Origin: a virus
Reading direction: 5' to 3' (one strand)
DNA: 64,000 nt
IMG/VR virus record: IMGVR_UViG_3300035696_000020
Location: 1 to 64,000 of that record
The notes under the pieces were generated by a model. The model was not told the origin of the DNA, made no database searches, and saw nothing but the letters and a program-made list of their open reading frames with translations. The translations under genes were made by a program, and so were the position numbers. Positions 29,795-39,441 of this stretch are shown here, one piece after another. Every line of letters begins with the position of its first letter. Position 1 is the first letter of the stretch.

Positions 29795-30143
29795 TAATCA
29801 CAAGTGGTCGTCTTCCCATTCTGGATTATATTCGCACATTTCCTCGAACAAACAATCCTCACATAGGAACTCGCCGTCATCATTAAACGCTACGCCCGGT
29901 TCGTTACATCGTTCGCATTTCTCGGGAAGTAGGTTCACAGGAGCCCTCAATTGTCAGTTACAACTGGCGCCGGGAATAACGCTACAAGTTCGCTCAACGT
30001 CATCTTTTCTTGGCTAGAATCCAGATCGTGCCTGTCTGCAATCCTGCCAAGCATCCCTGCCATAGGTTTCCCATTATCAGGAACATCAGAAGGCCAGAAC
30101 TGTGGTTCCGGCCTCCCGTTGACGATAAGCCAGACTAACTGGC

Positions 30144-30452
30144 TCACGATGCGATCCGAAAGGATTCGAGCGATTTGCCCTTGTCGAGTTCCGCAGTAAG
30201 CCAACGAGGCTTCAGTCCTCGACCTGCCCACGTCTCGCCAGTCTTGGGGTGTTGGAACTTTGGCGCAACCTTCTGACCAGCCAAGATGTGTCGGCTCGGG
30301 GTGAACACGACGGTCTTGCCTCCGATTGCAGGCAGCGCGTTCAACTTGGCCTGCAACCGCTGCCGTTCCTCCGAGACTTTTTCCGACAGAACGCTTGCGA
30401 TCTGGCCACGAAGTTCGACCAGAGTATCAACTGACATTGCGTTGAGGTTCAC
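30144..30452 (-). CDS. hns: H-NS family nucleoid protein
   Basis: NLNAMSVD.L..L, VAPKFQHP..GETWAGRGLKPRWL; GTG start 30452 after GGAG. Confidence 0.85.
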   Translation of the reverse strand: MNLNAMSVDTLVELRGQIASVLSEKVSEERQRLQAKLNALPAIGGKTVVFTPSRHILAGQKVAPKFQHPKTGETWAGRGLKPRWLTAELDKGKSLESFRIAS

Positions 30453-30883
30453 GATGGTTCTCCAATAATGCGGGATGCTAGGAATAGCGCGACGATAGCC
30501 CGCATGGTATCTATCGACGGGCTGACCGCATACAGTTTTGCTGCGGCCAAATGGGGGTCGAGGTCTATAGCCTCGTAGAACGACTCTTCTCCTTCGGCAT
30601 GCTGTTGGCGATGGCATCCCGAACAAAGTGGAAGTGTAAATTCATCGCTAGGTTTCAACCCAGTGCCACCGCCAGTGCCTTTGCCTCTTGACATACGAAT
30701 ATGGGCAGCCTCACAGCCTTGGTCAAGTCCGCAACTAATGCACTGTAGAACTCGTATGGCAGAAAGATGTTCCTCGTCCCGTTCCCGTGGGTTCCTGCCG
30801 AGTTTCAACCTGCGCTTCTTGACAGGTGCACTGCCCTTTAGAAGCAGTCCAGGAGTGGCAGGAGGGGAGATACGGGAAGCCAA
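30449..30883 (-). CDS. DUF968-like HNH-fold protein
   Basis: HL..IR.L.C..CG...EAAH, G.KPSD.F.LPLC..CH..QH. Confidence 0.85.
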   Translation of the reverse strand: MASRISPPATPGLLLKGSAPVKKRRLKLGRNPRERDEEHLSAIRVLQCISCGLDQGCEAAHIRMSRGKGTGGGTGLKPSDEFTLPLCSGCHRQQHAEGEESFYEAIDLDPHLAAAKLYAVSPSIDTMRAIVALFLASRIIGEPS

Positions 30884-30885
30884 TG

Positions 30886-31092
30886 TTAATTCCCCTTTAA
30901 CGCTTCGATCTTGCTGGGCGGCTCAGGTAGTGGTTGCCAGTGGGTAGGCCAAAATTTGATGTCACCTAGTTGGACATTGCCGCCGTCCACTAGGCCCGCG
31001 CCATCGTGACCAACTGATCCGAGATGAACGACGCGATCAAACAGAAGGATTCTTGTGTAGAGTGGTGCAGTATTGATAGGCCGCCAATCCAT
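30886..31092 (-). CDS. DUF551-like protein
   Basis: W.PI.TAP ... PTHWQPLPEPP. Confidence 0.75.
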   Translation of the reverse strand: MDWRPINTAPLYTRILLFDRVVHLGSVGHDGAGLVDGGNVQLGDIKFWPTHWQPLPEPPSKIEALKGN

Positions 31093-31393
31093 TGCCGATC
31101 CTCTTACTGGTTTAATCCCCACGGACGTGCCGAAACAGATATGACTTTGCGATCTCGACACATCCTCTGCAAACGGTGTCGCCCATCAACGCCGCTTCGA
31201 GTCGGTTATCGGCCATCAAGACCGCTTCCTCTAGCTCGGCAATACGTTTGCGCTGTCGGTCGTAAACCTCGCGGTCGGACATCGATTGTTAATCCCCTTT
31301 TAACGCTTCGATCTCAACCGTCGGCGGCGCAACGCTTCACAAATTACGCCAGCCCGTATGAGAGCATCCTGTAATTCGGTTTGATAGTTTGGG

Positions 31394-31828
31394 TCATCTG
31401 TTGAGAGAAGCGCCTCTGCGTTCGACGGAATATGTGCCGTCGATATGCTCCATGAGGAAAAAGCCGTTATCCTCAAGAGCGTTGATCGCCGCTACGGCAC
31501 GTTGCGCAAAATCTCGATTGCTCACGACTGAGATATGCGCCGTGTCGCGATCAAGAATGATCGTCTCACCGGGATCAAAGTTTGGATTGTCCAATGGCTT
31601 TACCGAGAGCGGGCAGAAAAGCCCCACTAACAATTTTCCAGTTCCGTCGCATACATAGCATTTAATAGGATTATCAGCGGCGGCTTGATCCAACTTGCGA
31701 CGCTCTTTAGGAGGCAGCGCGATTGCTGCGGTCGCCATCGGTACAAAGCCCGTGCCCAGGCACGTCTTGCATACCTTGCGCAAATCCTCTCCAATTCGTC
31801 TGGATTTCAGTACCGGCATTGCCCACAT
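31394..31828 (-). CDS. DnaJ-type zinc-finger protein
   Basis: CKTCLGTG and CYVCDGTG. Confidence 0.6.
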   Translation of the reverse strand: MWAMPVLKSRRIGEDLRKVCKTCLGTGFVPMATAAIALPPKERRKLDQAAADNPIKCYVCDGTGKLLVGLFCPLSVKPLDNPNFDPGETIILDRDTAHISVVSNRDFAQRAVAAINALEDNGFFLMEHIDGTYSVERRGASLNR

Positions 31829-32020
31829 CCTATTGTTAATCTGTCATTAACCTATGTATCATTTGCCGCCTCAACTGTCAAGGCCAATTCACGTAGTAGC
31901 GGACCAAGTTTGGTATCTCCACCGTCAACCGTTATCCCTGTTGGCAGATGGATAGCCCGTAGCCATACCGTCAGTTTTCCGGTATCATCATACTCGATAC
32001 GGGTACGGATGAGGTCCACG

Positions 32021-32542
32021 TCAAGCTGCCTCGCCTGTGTTCGCAAGTAGCGCCTCCGGGGTGACTCCGATCATGCCAGCCACGATCTCAAGCACCTTCT
32101 GCTTGGATTCCTGGAATTCCTTAGACTTCATTGCCGATCTGGCTTGGCTCTTAGCCGTCCGAATCAGGACGTACTGGTCCCTCACAAAAATCAACGCCAA
32201 CTCATCGCGAAGCTTAATCCCTTCTGCGACGCGGAGGGCTGCGTCGTTTGTGCCGGCATCTATGATCTGTTCGTCGTACCAGCCAGCCAGGATTAACGCT
32301 CGTTTCCGCAGTTTCAGCGGAGTAGGGTATTCCTCGGCGAGGTCCTCGGGGAGGTGCTTCCAAGCCTCGGCAAGCCAAGCGAACTGTTGATTGTGCGATG
32401 CCTCTGACCGCTCGTGTTCCTCGTCCAGCCAATAGACCTGTTTATCAAAGAACCGATCGTCGCAACGCTTGGCCCATGTCTTATTGACCGGCCTCATGGC
32501 GCAGTTCTTCTTGTCCCACCAGAATGCGAGGCGTCCGGTCAT
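32021..32542 (-). CDS. Recombination-module protein (NinB-like position)
   Basis: RS..SH...FA...EAW..LPE, KSQ...M...EF..SK; follows exonuclease. Confidence 0.65.
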   Translation of the reverse strand: MTGRLAFWWDKKNCAMRPVNKTWAKRCDDRFFDKQVYWLDEEHERSEASHNQQFAWLAEAWKHLPEDLAEEYPTPLKLRKRALILAGWYDEQIIDAGTNDAALRVAEGIKLRDELALIFVRDQYVLIRTAKSQARSAMKSKEFQESKQKVLEIVAGMIGVTPEALLANTGEAA

Positions 32543-33138
32543 GCCGTCTCGTACTTCCTGATCCGTTCAACCATCTTGGCTAGTTCTTCGTTGAACCGAT
32601 CGACTTCGCTAGCTAGATTTTGGATGTAGTCCTCGTCCCGTGCTGCTCGCTTTATGAGCGGCGGCATCTTGGGCCAATACACGATAATATCGATGTATTC
32701 CCGCTTTGCAACCCACAAATTGCCCTGACACTGAGCCTTATGAGCGGGTGGGAAGTTATCCTTCTCCAACAGGTCAATAAGGAGATGAGGCAAGGTTGTC
32801 TTGATCTCAAGCATCCCAGTTTCGCCAATCAGCGAATCAGGGCTGCATCCTTTCTTGCCGTCCCGAATGAATCCTACCCGCTGCGGTTCAACGCCGTGCA
32901 TGAACGAGTAGTATTTGCGGGCCTCGTCCTCCATGGCCTGCCCGCGCTCCATGTGGCCGTTCTTGAACGATTCCATGGGCTCGCCAGTCACGACCTCGCC
33001 TGCCAATTTTCTCATATACTCTGAGCGTGTTTTACTTTCACCCTTCGCGAGAACGGTGCTGAACATGCTAGCTGTGGGGATGCCTAATCTGGCTGCGAAC
33101 CATTCCGGCGTGCCCTGCTCGCAATCAACGATCTCCAT
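32539..33138 (-). CDS. YqaJ / lambda exonuclease
   Basis: QGTPEW..ARLG.PTAS, G...E..A, GCSPD, EIK, Q.Q..LW. Confidence 0.92.
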   Translation of the reverse strand: MEIVDCEQGTPEWFAARLGIPTASMFSTVLAKGESKTRSEYMRKLAGEVVTGEPMESFKNGHMERGQAMEDEARKYYSFMHGVEPQRVGFIRDGKKGCSPDSLIGETGMLEIKTTLPHLLIDLLEKDNFPPAHKAQCQGNLWVAKREYIDIIVYWPKMPPLIKRAARDEDYIQNLASEVDRFNEELAKMVERIRKYETA

Positions 33139-33886
33139 TTGCCCCCCGCTTCTTCTTTGCCAGCATTTTCCTGGCTTGCTCTAACTTTGCAGCCGGCAAT
33201 TCCGCAAGAGATTCTACCTTGAAAAAGCCCAAGAACCCCTTCTCGTCCGACTTGGTTGCCGCGATTTCGTCCGCGAGTTCCTTCACCTGTTCGTCGGTGA
33301 TGACGGTGATAGGATCAGAGCCGTCCTTATCACGGTCCATTGGCGCGCGGGACGTGATATTGAGCAAAGCGCAGCCAAGATACCGTTTCAGGTAGCTCAT
33401 AGTGCTACCAGCGCCTTGGATGTTGTTCTTGGAGCCGGTGGTGTCGTAGGCTGCGCTGAACTCTGCGGTACGGCTGAATCCTTCACGATGGTCGAGGATT
33501 GCCATCATTGTGATTCGTCCGTCCGCTGCGTTGGACGGGACGAAACTTAGCGCAAAGCCGTGGTTACCTAGAATCGGCTTGATAGTGTCGTTGATGTCGG
33601 CCCAGTCTGCGAATGCGGTACTCTGCTGAACCGCCCCGGTTCGCTCGCCTTTGGCGTCCTTTGCCCGGACTTCGATACGACCGTTCTTGTCGATTGTTGG
33701 GAGTTCAGGCTGCATCTGGGCGAGAGCGCGCTTGAACGCCATCTCCGCGTACTCGGCCTTGAGTTGCTTCCGTAGGTCAAAGGCCCGTTCGATTCGCTCC
33801 ATTGGCAGGCTGACATCGGCCAACACCCGCTCAATGACACCCATCGCACTCATTTCTGGCGACGGCTGTGGTATCATGCTATTCAT
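33125..33886 (-). CDS. erf: ERF family single-strand annealing protein
   Basis: Q.AGSTMSY.KRY...ALLNI....D.DG. Confidence 0.9.
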   Translation of the reverse strand: MNSMIPQPSPEMSAMGVIERVLADVSLPMERIERAFDLRKQLKAEYAEMAFKRALAQMQPELPTIDKNGRIEVRAKDAKGERTGAVQQSTAFADWADINDTIKPILGNHGFALSFVPSNAADGRITMMAILDHREGFSRTAEFSAAYDTTGSKNNIQGAGSTMSYLKRYLGCALLNITSRAPMDRDKDGSDPITVITDEQVKELADEIAATKSDEKGFLGFFKVESLAELPAAKLEQARKMLAKKKRGANGDR

Positions 33887-34185
33887 GCTTTCTCCTGCTT
33901 GGGCTCGTGAACGTCAGCCCACATAAAGCCATTCCACGACACGGCACGGCGCCGGTCACCTGACCTAGCCACGAGATACAGTGGAAACTTTGGCTCTTCC
34001 ACTAACACCTTCCAATGGTCCTCGATTGCAGCCTGCGGTGTCTCACCGTTGCCCCAGGCGCCGACTAAACAATGGTCATCCTTTATGGCAACGTCTTGAT
34101 TGACAAACCAATCTCCCGGCTTGCGGAATCTGATTTCGATTTCCGCCAGTGCGTCGAGTGCCGCTGCTTTCTCCTGCCAGTCCAT
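33883..34185 (-). CDS. Hypothetical protein
   Basis: MDWQEK start with AGGGA RBS. Confidence 0.55.
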   Translation of the reverse strand: MDWQEKAAALDALAEIEIRFRKPGDWFVNQDVAIKDDHCLVGAWGNGETPQAAIEDHWKVLVEEPKFPLYLVARSGDRRRAVSWNGFMWADVHEPKQEKA

Positions 34186-34189
34186 GTCC

Positions 34190-34468
34190 CTACCCCGCTT
34201 TCCGAACTTGCTCACACAGGAACGCCGGCATGTGCTGATCGTCCACGATAATGTTGCGATGCTTCATCAAATCAACTTGCCACCGCCTCCAATTGTCTAA
34301 CACAGTTGGCCCATATTCGCAAGTCGCACGACCAGTTCCTACGCTGATCTCCACGAGATTTTTACTGAATTTCGCGATTGGCCCGGTGAAATCCCGGACC
34401 CATACCGCGCGGCCATCGGACATGATTTCAATCTGGCAGGCCAAAGGTTCGATAAGCACAGATGCCAT
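34190..34468 (-). CDS. Hypothetical protein
   Basis: GAGGA RBS. Confidence 0.55.
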   Translation of the reverse strand: MASVLIEPLACQIEIMSDGRAVWVRDFTGPIAKFSKNLVEISVGTGRATCEYGPTVLDNWRRWQVDLMKHRNIIVDDQHMPAFLCEQVRKAG

Positions 34469-34634
34469 GTCATCCTCACTTATATTGCCAGTACCAACCG
34501 CACCAGCACCCTAGATGATCGACGACCCATCGCCAATGCTCTCGGCGATACGATCCGCGATGACGGATATACCAAGGCACTCTTTGCCATGGGCCGATCT
34601 CATGGTCTGGAAAGTCAATCCTCATGGCTTGCTC

Positions 34635-34838
34635 CTATACGATTGTCATCAACAGTTCTTCGCACCCGTAGACCTGATGGGCGCCACAAGCCTCACAGGA
34701 ATACCTACGGGCATCCGGTTCGATCCCTTCCGCATCGGCTCCGCAAGCCAAGCATATCCCCTCGTTGTCGGTTGACTGCATCCGGCGCTCGCACATTGCA
34801 ATGATTCGCTCGTCGGTAATTGATGGATGCGGTTTCAT
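34635..34838 (-). CDS. Small zinc-finger protein
   Basis: G.C.ACG....IEPDA..Y.CEACG...VYG.EE. Confidence 0.75.
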   Translation of the reverse strand: MKPHPSITDERIIAMCERRMQSTDNEGICLACGADAEGIEPDARRYSCEACGAHQVYGCEELLMTIV

Positions 34839-35080
34839 CTTGCGAAATACTCCGTTGCCACATCGGCGAACACTGCCACCATGGTCAGATACGAAAGCAC
34901 CGCAGCAATCGCGGCGAGTTCGTAGAGGTAGTCACGGATTGTCATTTTTCCCTCCTGGCTAGATGGCGGTCCCGGCAACAATCCTAATGATACCGGGACC
35001 GCCTGTATCCCACCAAACAATTCCGAAGATTTCGACCCTAGGCATTCCACAGGGTAGTGGTCGGGCCGGTTCGGTGGAAT

Positions 35081-35331
35081 TTATGTTCCGATCTTTCCAA
35101 CGGCTGCAATAGCTTCCGGGCCAGCGCATTTCAGACAGTATCGGTCACGCTGCCAAGGGTTGTCAGTGTCGGTGTGTTCGCCCTCTGCATACCAATCACC
35201 AATCTTTAATGGTTTCCGACAATGGCCGCCGTTTACGGTGCCTCGCCAATAGTGACAGCGCCCTGGTTTGCGAACCTGACGGACAAAGTTCCCAGCAAGC
35301 CAACCATCAGTAATTTGTGCAGGCATGTACA
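35081..35331 (-). CDS. Hypothetical Cys-containing protein
   Basis: GAGGGG RBS downstream of TTGACA promoter; start uncertain. Confidence 0.5.
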
Positions 35332-35354
35332 TTCCCCTCTGTCTTTCTATCGTG

Positions 35355-35450
35355 ATACTAGTATCTCCTGACAATTTGTCAACTAGAAACCCTGCGTCAC
35401 TTCGCCACAGCGCACACTGTTGACACAGTTCCTCAACTGTGCAATCTATG
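35355..35450. promoter_or_regulatory. Divergent sigma70-type promoter pair with palindromic operators
   Basis: Leftward TTGACA-N16-TAGTAT overlapping TGACAATTTGTCA; rightward TTGACA 35420 with CACAGTT-N4-AACTGTG; gene polarity switches here. Confidence 0.7.
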
Positions 35451-35531
35451 GCGGACTGATTCCTCCCGAGGCGGAGCTTAGATGATTGACTCCGTCTCCA
35501 CTTGACGGTACTCTAGTGCCGTCCTTTTATT
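35449..35531 (+). ncRNA. Candidate anti-SD small RNA / leader with terminator
   Basis: TTCCTCCC, hairpin GAGGCGGAG/CTCCGTCTC, hairpin GACGGTAC/GTGCCGTC + CTTTTATT. Confidence 0.45.
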
Positions 35532-35557
35532 CCATAGCGCGGCTGGGGAGCTTGTGC

Positions 35558-35899
35558 ATGCTATACAATCCGAAGTGGGAAACGAAACCTGACGTGTTCT
35601 CGTTGCAGGGGCTTATCGCGTGGCTTGAAAAACAGCCAGCAGATAAGGAATACTGCTATACCAGCAACGGCCATTGTCTGATCGCACAATATCTTACCCA
35701 TCATGGCTACCAGAACGTGTACGTCCGTGGTTGTGGCATTTGGTACGCAAATGGAGCCTCGGGCCACCTTCCTGATATGGCCCGGATTGCTAACCCGATA
35801 GCTATGGTTCATCCCAATGAATCATCGACTTTTGGAGGCGCCCTAGAACGCGCCTATGCTCTTGAAACTGGGTTGGTCCTTGTCGCGTCTGTAGCGTAG
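35558..35899 (+). CDS. Hypothetical protein
   Basis: GGGGAG RBS before MLYNPKW; LIAWLE.QP...Y.Y....C..AQY, TFG.AL.RA. Confidence 0.65.
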   Translation: MLYNPKWETKPDVFSLQGLIAWLEKQPADKEYCYTSNGHCLIAQYLTHHGYQNVYVRGCGIWYANGASGHLPDMARIANPIAMVHPNESSTFGGALERAYALETGLVLVASVA

Positions 35900-35984
35900 G
35901 GGTGGGTGAGGCGTCCCCCCTACGTGCTCCAGTTGAGGCGTAGGGGGACGGCCCGGTTGACTGATTTCCTCGGGGGAGGGCTAA

Positions 35985-36626
35985 TTGGGACTCAATTACT
36001 ACCGCGAATACCTATGCGCGGATGCTGCCGATGTCCGCACCCGCATTCTAGCACATCAGGAACGCCGCCGCAAATGGTTCCCACCGCCTGCCAGTACGGT
36101 AGTGCCGGTCGAACGAATCTATCCGCCGCCGCCGGAACCAATCGCGCCGCCACCACCAGAACCGCCGATCGTTAAAGTTCTTCCGCCGTCCGCGAAGATC
36201 AATGGTGGGTGCATCACGCCTAAAGCCATTGTCCGCGAGGCTGCACGGACATTCGGTGTTGAACCGGGGTTCATAATGTCCAGAGAAAGGTTCTCAAGGC
36301 ATTGTAATCCCAGATGGATTGCCATCGTAATCTGCCATACGTTTGTGCGCCACATTAGCTATGCGGCGCTCGGCCGATTCTTTTGCATGGACCACACTAC
36401 GGTTAGAAATGCGGTATTGAAATGCCGCCCAGCAATGGAGAGAATAAACCTGGGGACAGACGCAACAGTTCGAGATTGGGTGCTGGCGCTAAGCAGAGAA
36501 ATGGGGCTTAATAATGGGAACGATCTTCAATTGGGACCAGCCGGGGGCGATCGACAGGCTGAAAACCTTGTGGGCGGAAGGGGTCTCGGCGTCCATGATT
36601 ATGTCAATGATGAGCAAAGAGTTTGA
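35985..36626 (+). CDS. DnaA C-terminal (domain IV) HTH protein
   Basis: R.IA.......SY..LGR.F..DHTTV.NA. Confidence 0.8.
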   Translation: MGLNYYREYLCADAADVRTRILAHQERRRKWFPPPASTVVPVERIYPPPPEPIAPPPPEPPIVKVLPPSAKINGGCITPKAIVREAARTFGVEPGFIMSRERFSRHCNPRWIAIVICHTFVRHISYAALGRFFCMDHTTVRNAVLKCRPAMERINLGTDATVRDWVLALSREMGLNNGNDLQLGPAGGDRQAENLVGGRGLGVHDYVNDEQRV

Positions 36627-36987
36627 GGGCGAGGTCACAAGAAATTCAATCATTGGCAAGAAACATCGCCTCGGGCTGGAGTCTCGCGCCCCGACACTTG
36701 TAGGGCGTCCGAATGATGGGTCACTGACCAAGAACATACGCCAGAAAAAGACACCGCCTGCGGAGGTCAAGCGCAATATCGAGCGCATAGAAAAAAAGAT
36801 GGTGGCGAAAGACAGTGATATTCCGGTTGAACAACGGAAAACGATCTGGGAATTGCAGAATTGCCATTGTCGCTTTCCGGTCGGGGATGTGGGCACTGAG
36901 GGCTTCTTTTTCTGCGGGCATCCGTCAGCGTCGTTGAACGAGAACCGGCCGTACTGTGAGGCGCATGCGTTGCGGGTTACAACGTGA
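36514..36987 (+). CDS. gcrA: GcrA cell-cycle regulator homolog
   Basis: LK.LW.EG.SAS.I...VTRNSIIGK.HRLGL; L...CRFP.GD....F.FCG.....PYC..H. Confidence 0.92.
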   Translation: MGTIFNWDQPGAIDRLKTLWAEGVSASMIMSMMSKEFEGEVTRNSIIGKKHRLGLESRAPTLVGRPNDGSLTKNIRQKKTPPAEVKRNIERIEKKMVAKDSDIPVEQRKTIWELQNCHCRFPVGDVGTEGFFFCGHPSASLNENRPYCEAHALRVTT

Positions 36988-37259
36988 TCGACCCGCAGAT
37001 GGTTCAGAGCCTACGGGAGCGTGGGCTTACGTGGGGGCAGATCGGGATAAAACTGAGGGTTGACCGAAGCACTCCACGAAAAGCAGTGTGCCGGCAATCC
37101 AAGGGTGCCAAGGAAAAGAATTGGCAGGTTGCGATGACGATAGTCGAGCTTCGCAATCTTGGCTGGAGTTGGTCAGCAATAGGTCGCCACGTTGGTAGAG
37201 ACTTTCGTAGCGTAAAACGAACGTATAATCGGAGAACACGTCACAATCCCGTGGCGTGA
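36984..37259 (+). CDS. Double HTH protein
   Basis: LRERGLTWGQIG and LRNLGWSWSAIG repeats. Confidence 0.7.
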   Translation: MIDPQMVQSLRERGLTWGQIGIKLRVDRSTPRKAVCRQSKGAKEKNWQVAMTIVELRNLGWSWSAIGRHVGRDFRSVKRTYNRRTRHNPVA

Positions 37260-37276
37260 AGTAGGAGAGTAGTGGG

Positions 37277-38056
37277 ATGGGGAATAAACTCTTGATAGGT
37301 GCACTGCTGGCGTGCGTCGCGTTGCCAGCGTGGGCAGCGGATATGCCGGTTTACAAGGCAGCGGCGCCTGCGCCACTGCCTACGCTGTCTGGTTCCGGGC
37401 TCTATCTCGGCATCAACGGTGGGGCGGCATTCACTGGCCAGGAATATGACTTCGTGACGCTTCCTGGTGTTGCGTCTGACCCGACTGGTACTGGCAAGGT
37501 CTATCCTGCTGGCATCATGGCGGGTGGCACTATCGGCTTCGGCGGTTCTATCGGCGGGGCTTATGCTGCGGTGGAGTCCGATTTCGATTACGACTTCACG
37601 CGGTTTGAAACGTCATGCGTTGCGGGGCGTTGCGGTTCAAAGAACTCTTGGTTCTTTGCGCAAAAACTCGTCCTTGGGGCTCCTCTTCCGACATTGACGG
37701 GACTGGTCCCAAAGGCGACCAATCTCACGCCACCGTCTCAATGGCCGATCCCGATCAATCTGCCTACCAACTTCTCGGTGGCAAATCTGATGCCAGCAGT
37801 CGTAGCAGGTATTGCAGAGCACAATATCAGTGCTTGCATCACTGGCATGGCGTGTGGTGACCAGTGGGTCGCCGGGGCGTTGGTTGGTGGTCAACTCCGT
37901 GCGGCAATCGCACAGAACTGGACCGCCAAGTTGGAATATGATTACGTGTTCTTCAACAAAGCGTTCACCCCATCAAACTCGGTGGGGCTCTTCAATCCGC
38001 AGTTCAAGCAGTTCAATGAACAACGCTTGATGGGCGGCATCGACTATCACCTTTAG
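37277..38056 (+). CDS. Outer-membrane beta-barrel protein (Omp25/RopB-like)
   Basis: Signal peptide AWA-ADMPVYKA, GLYLGINGG, NWTAKLEYDY, terminal GIDYHL. Confidence 0.85.
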   Translation: MGNKLLIGALLACVALPAWAADMPVYKAAAPAPLPTLSGSGLYLGINGGAAFTGQEYDFVTLPGVASDPTGTGKVYPAGIMAGGTIGFGGSIGGAYAAVESDFDYDFTRFETSCVAGRCGSKNSWFFAQKLVLGAPLPTLTGLVPKATNLTPPSQWPIPINLPTNFSVANLMPAVVAGIAEHNISACITGMACGDQWVAGALVGGQLRAAIAQNWTAKLEYDYVFFNKAFTPSNSVGLFNPQFKQFNEQRLMGGIDYHL

Positions 38057-38136
38057 GACTGCGGTCCTAAAGCGGCGCGCAACACCTTCATTGGGATTTG
38101 GCAGGTGTTGCGCGCCAATTTGTTCGGGGGGGACAA

Positions 38137-38667
38137 ATCGCGAACTCTGGGCTACTTATCTCGTTAGATTTGGCTACCTCGTGCGGGATGTGCATCGGTC
38201 ACGTCAATGCTGGCGTCCCGGAAAGCAAATCGGTGCGCCTCAAAGTCCACGGCGAGAATGACGACGTAGCTCTAGCCCACCTGTGGAGGTTACTGCACGC
38301 GGAGTTTAAGAAGGAACTGCCGGTTCTGGTGGTGAAGGAACGTGTCCTCCCGCTAGTCGCCAGTGTCAAGGTGCTCCGCAACCGGGCCTCCACGATCGTC
38401 CTACAGACGAAACTTCATGCCGTGGTCGAGGTCCTGTGCAAGCTCTATAACGTGCCTTATTTGGACGTAATGCCCGCCACCGTCCGTAAGCACTTCATCG
38501 GCAAAGCCAACATGGGGGACCGCGCCGAGACCAAACGCGCTGTGGTGGCAAGGTGTCAAGTCTTGGGTTATATGCCCGACTCGTGCTATGACAACGATCG
38601 TGCCGACGCAGCAGCAACCTGGGACTGGGCAGCGGCGACACACTTGCGACGGGGAATGGGGGGATAG
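38137..38667 (+). CDS. RuvC-like Holliday junction resolvase (probable ATC start)
   Basis: SLDLAT, VVKE, P.TVRKHFIG, D.ADA; G-rich RBS then in-frame ATC. Confidence 0.75.
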   Translation: MANSGLLISLDLATSCGMCIGHVNAGVPESKSVRLKVHGENDDVALAHLWRLLHAEFKKELPVLVVKERVLPLVASVKVLRNRASTIVLQTKLHAVVEVLCKLYNVPYLDVMPATVRKHFIGKANMGDRAETKRAVVARCQVLGYMPDSCYDNDRADAAATWDWAAATHLRRGMGG

Positions 38668-39396
38668 GTGGATCGTCCATGGATGAAGTTTTACCCTGCC
38701 GATTGGCGGGCCGATCCCCGATTGCGCATGTGTTCCTTGGCTGCGCGTGGCCTGTGGATCGACTTGATCTGCTATATGCACGAAGGAACACCTTACGGCC
38801 ATCTCGATATAGACGGTCTACAGCCCAACAATGACGATATTGCGGCATTGGTAGCTCGTCCCGCCGCCGAGGTCAGAAAGGCTCTGGCTGAATTAGAAGA
38901 GAGACAGGTATTCGGCCGCACTGAGAGTAATGTAATTTTTTCTCGACGCATGGTGAAAGATCGCGAAAAAATAGAGTTTGCATCTGATCGAGGACAGCGT
39001 GGTGGTAATCCAAATGTAGGACGTGGGATAGTACCAAAAAGTCAACGAGTTAGACCGTTCAAAAGAACTGATGCCCCCGGTAAAACTAAACGTATTTTCG
39101 ATAAATCAAATGGAAAATGCCATTGGTGTGGCGTCAAGTTGATTTGGAAAGGTACGGGAGTAGAACCGAACCAATTTCATGTTGACCACGTGATTGGCGT
39201 TAAAGACGGTGGGACAAATGATGAAAGCAATCTGGTTGCCGCTGGAGTAATGTGCAATCGTAAGCGTGCCGGTCTTGGGACAATGACCTGCCTAGAGGCC
39301 ATGCAGTTTGTTTGCGATGAGGTTGGTGTCGGGGTTGGTGTCGGATGCGAACAAGAGGATGGTGTCGGAACTCCATTTGACAACAAATCCGACTAG
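38668..39396 (+). CDS. Replication initiator N-terminal domain fused to HNH domain
   Basis: PW.KFYPADW..D..LR.CS.AARGLW.D..C; CHWCG..HVDHVI....GG.N...NL. Confidence 0.8.
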   Translation: MDRPWMKFYPADWRADPRLRMCSLAARGLWIDLICYMHEGTPYGHLDIDGLQPNNDDIAALVARPAAEVRKALAELEERQVFGRTESNVIFSRRMVKDREKIEFASDRGQRGGNPNVGRGIVPKSQRVRPFKRTDAPGKTKRIFDKSNGKCHWCGVKLIWKGTGVEPNQFHVDHVIGVKDGGTNDESNLVAAGVMCNRKRAGLGTMTCLEAMQFVCDEVGVGVGVGCEQEDGVGTPFDNKSD

Positions 39397-39441
39397 AACC
39401 TTAGAAGCTAGAGACTAGAAAGAACCTAGCCAAGATAGAAA
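39321..39441 (+). repeat. Candidate replication origin iterons
   Basis: GGTTGGTGTCGG x2, GATGGTGTCGG, inverted TCCGAC, then about six TAG(A)-centred purine-rich units. Confidence 0.5.
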
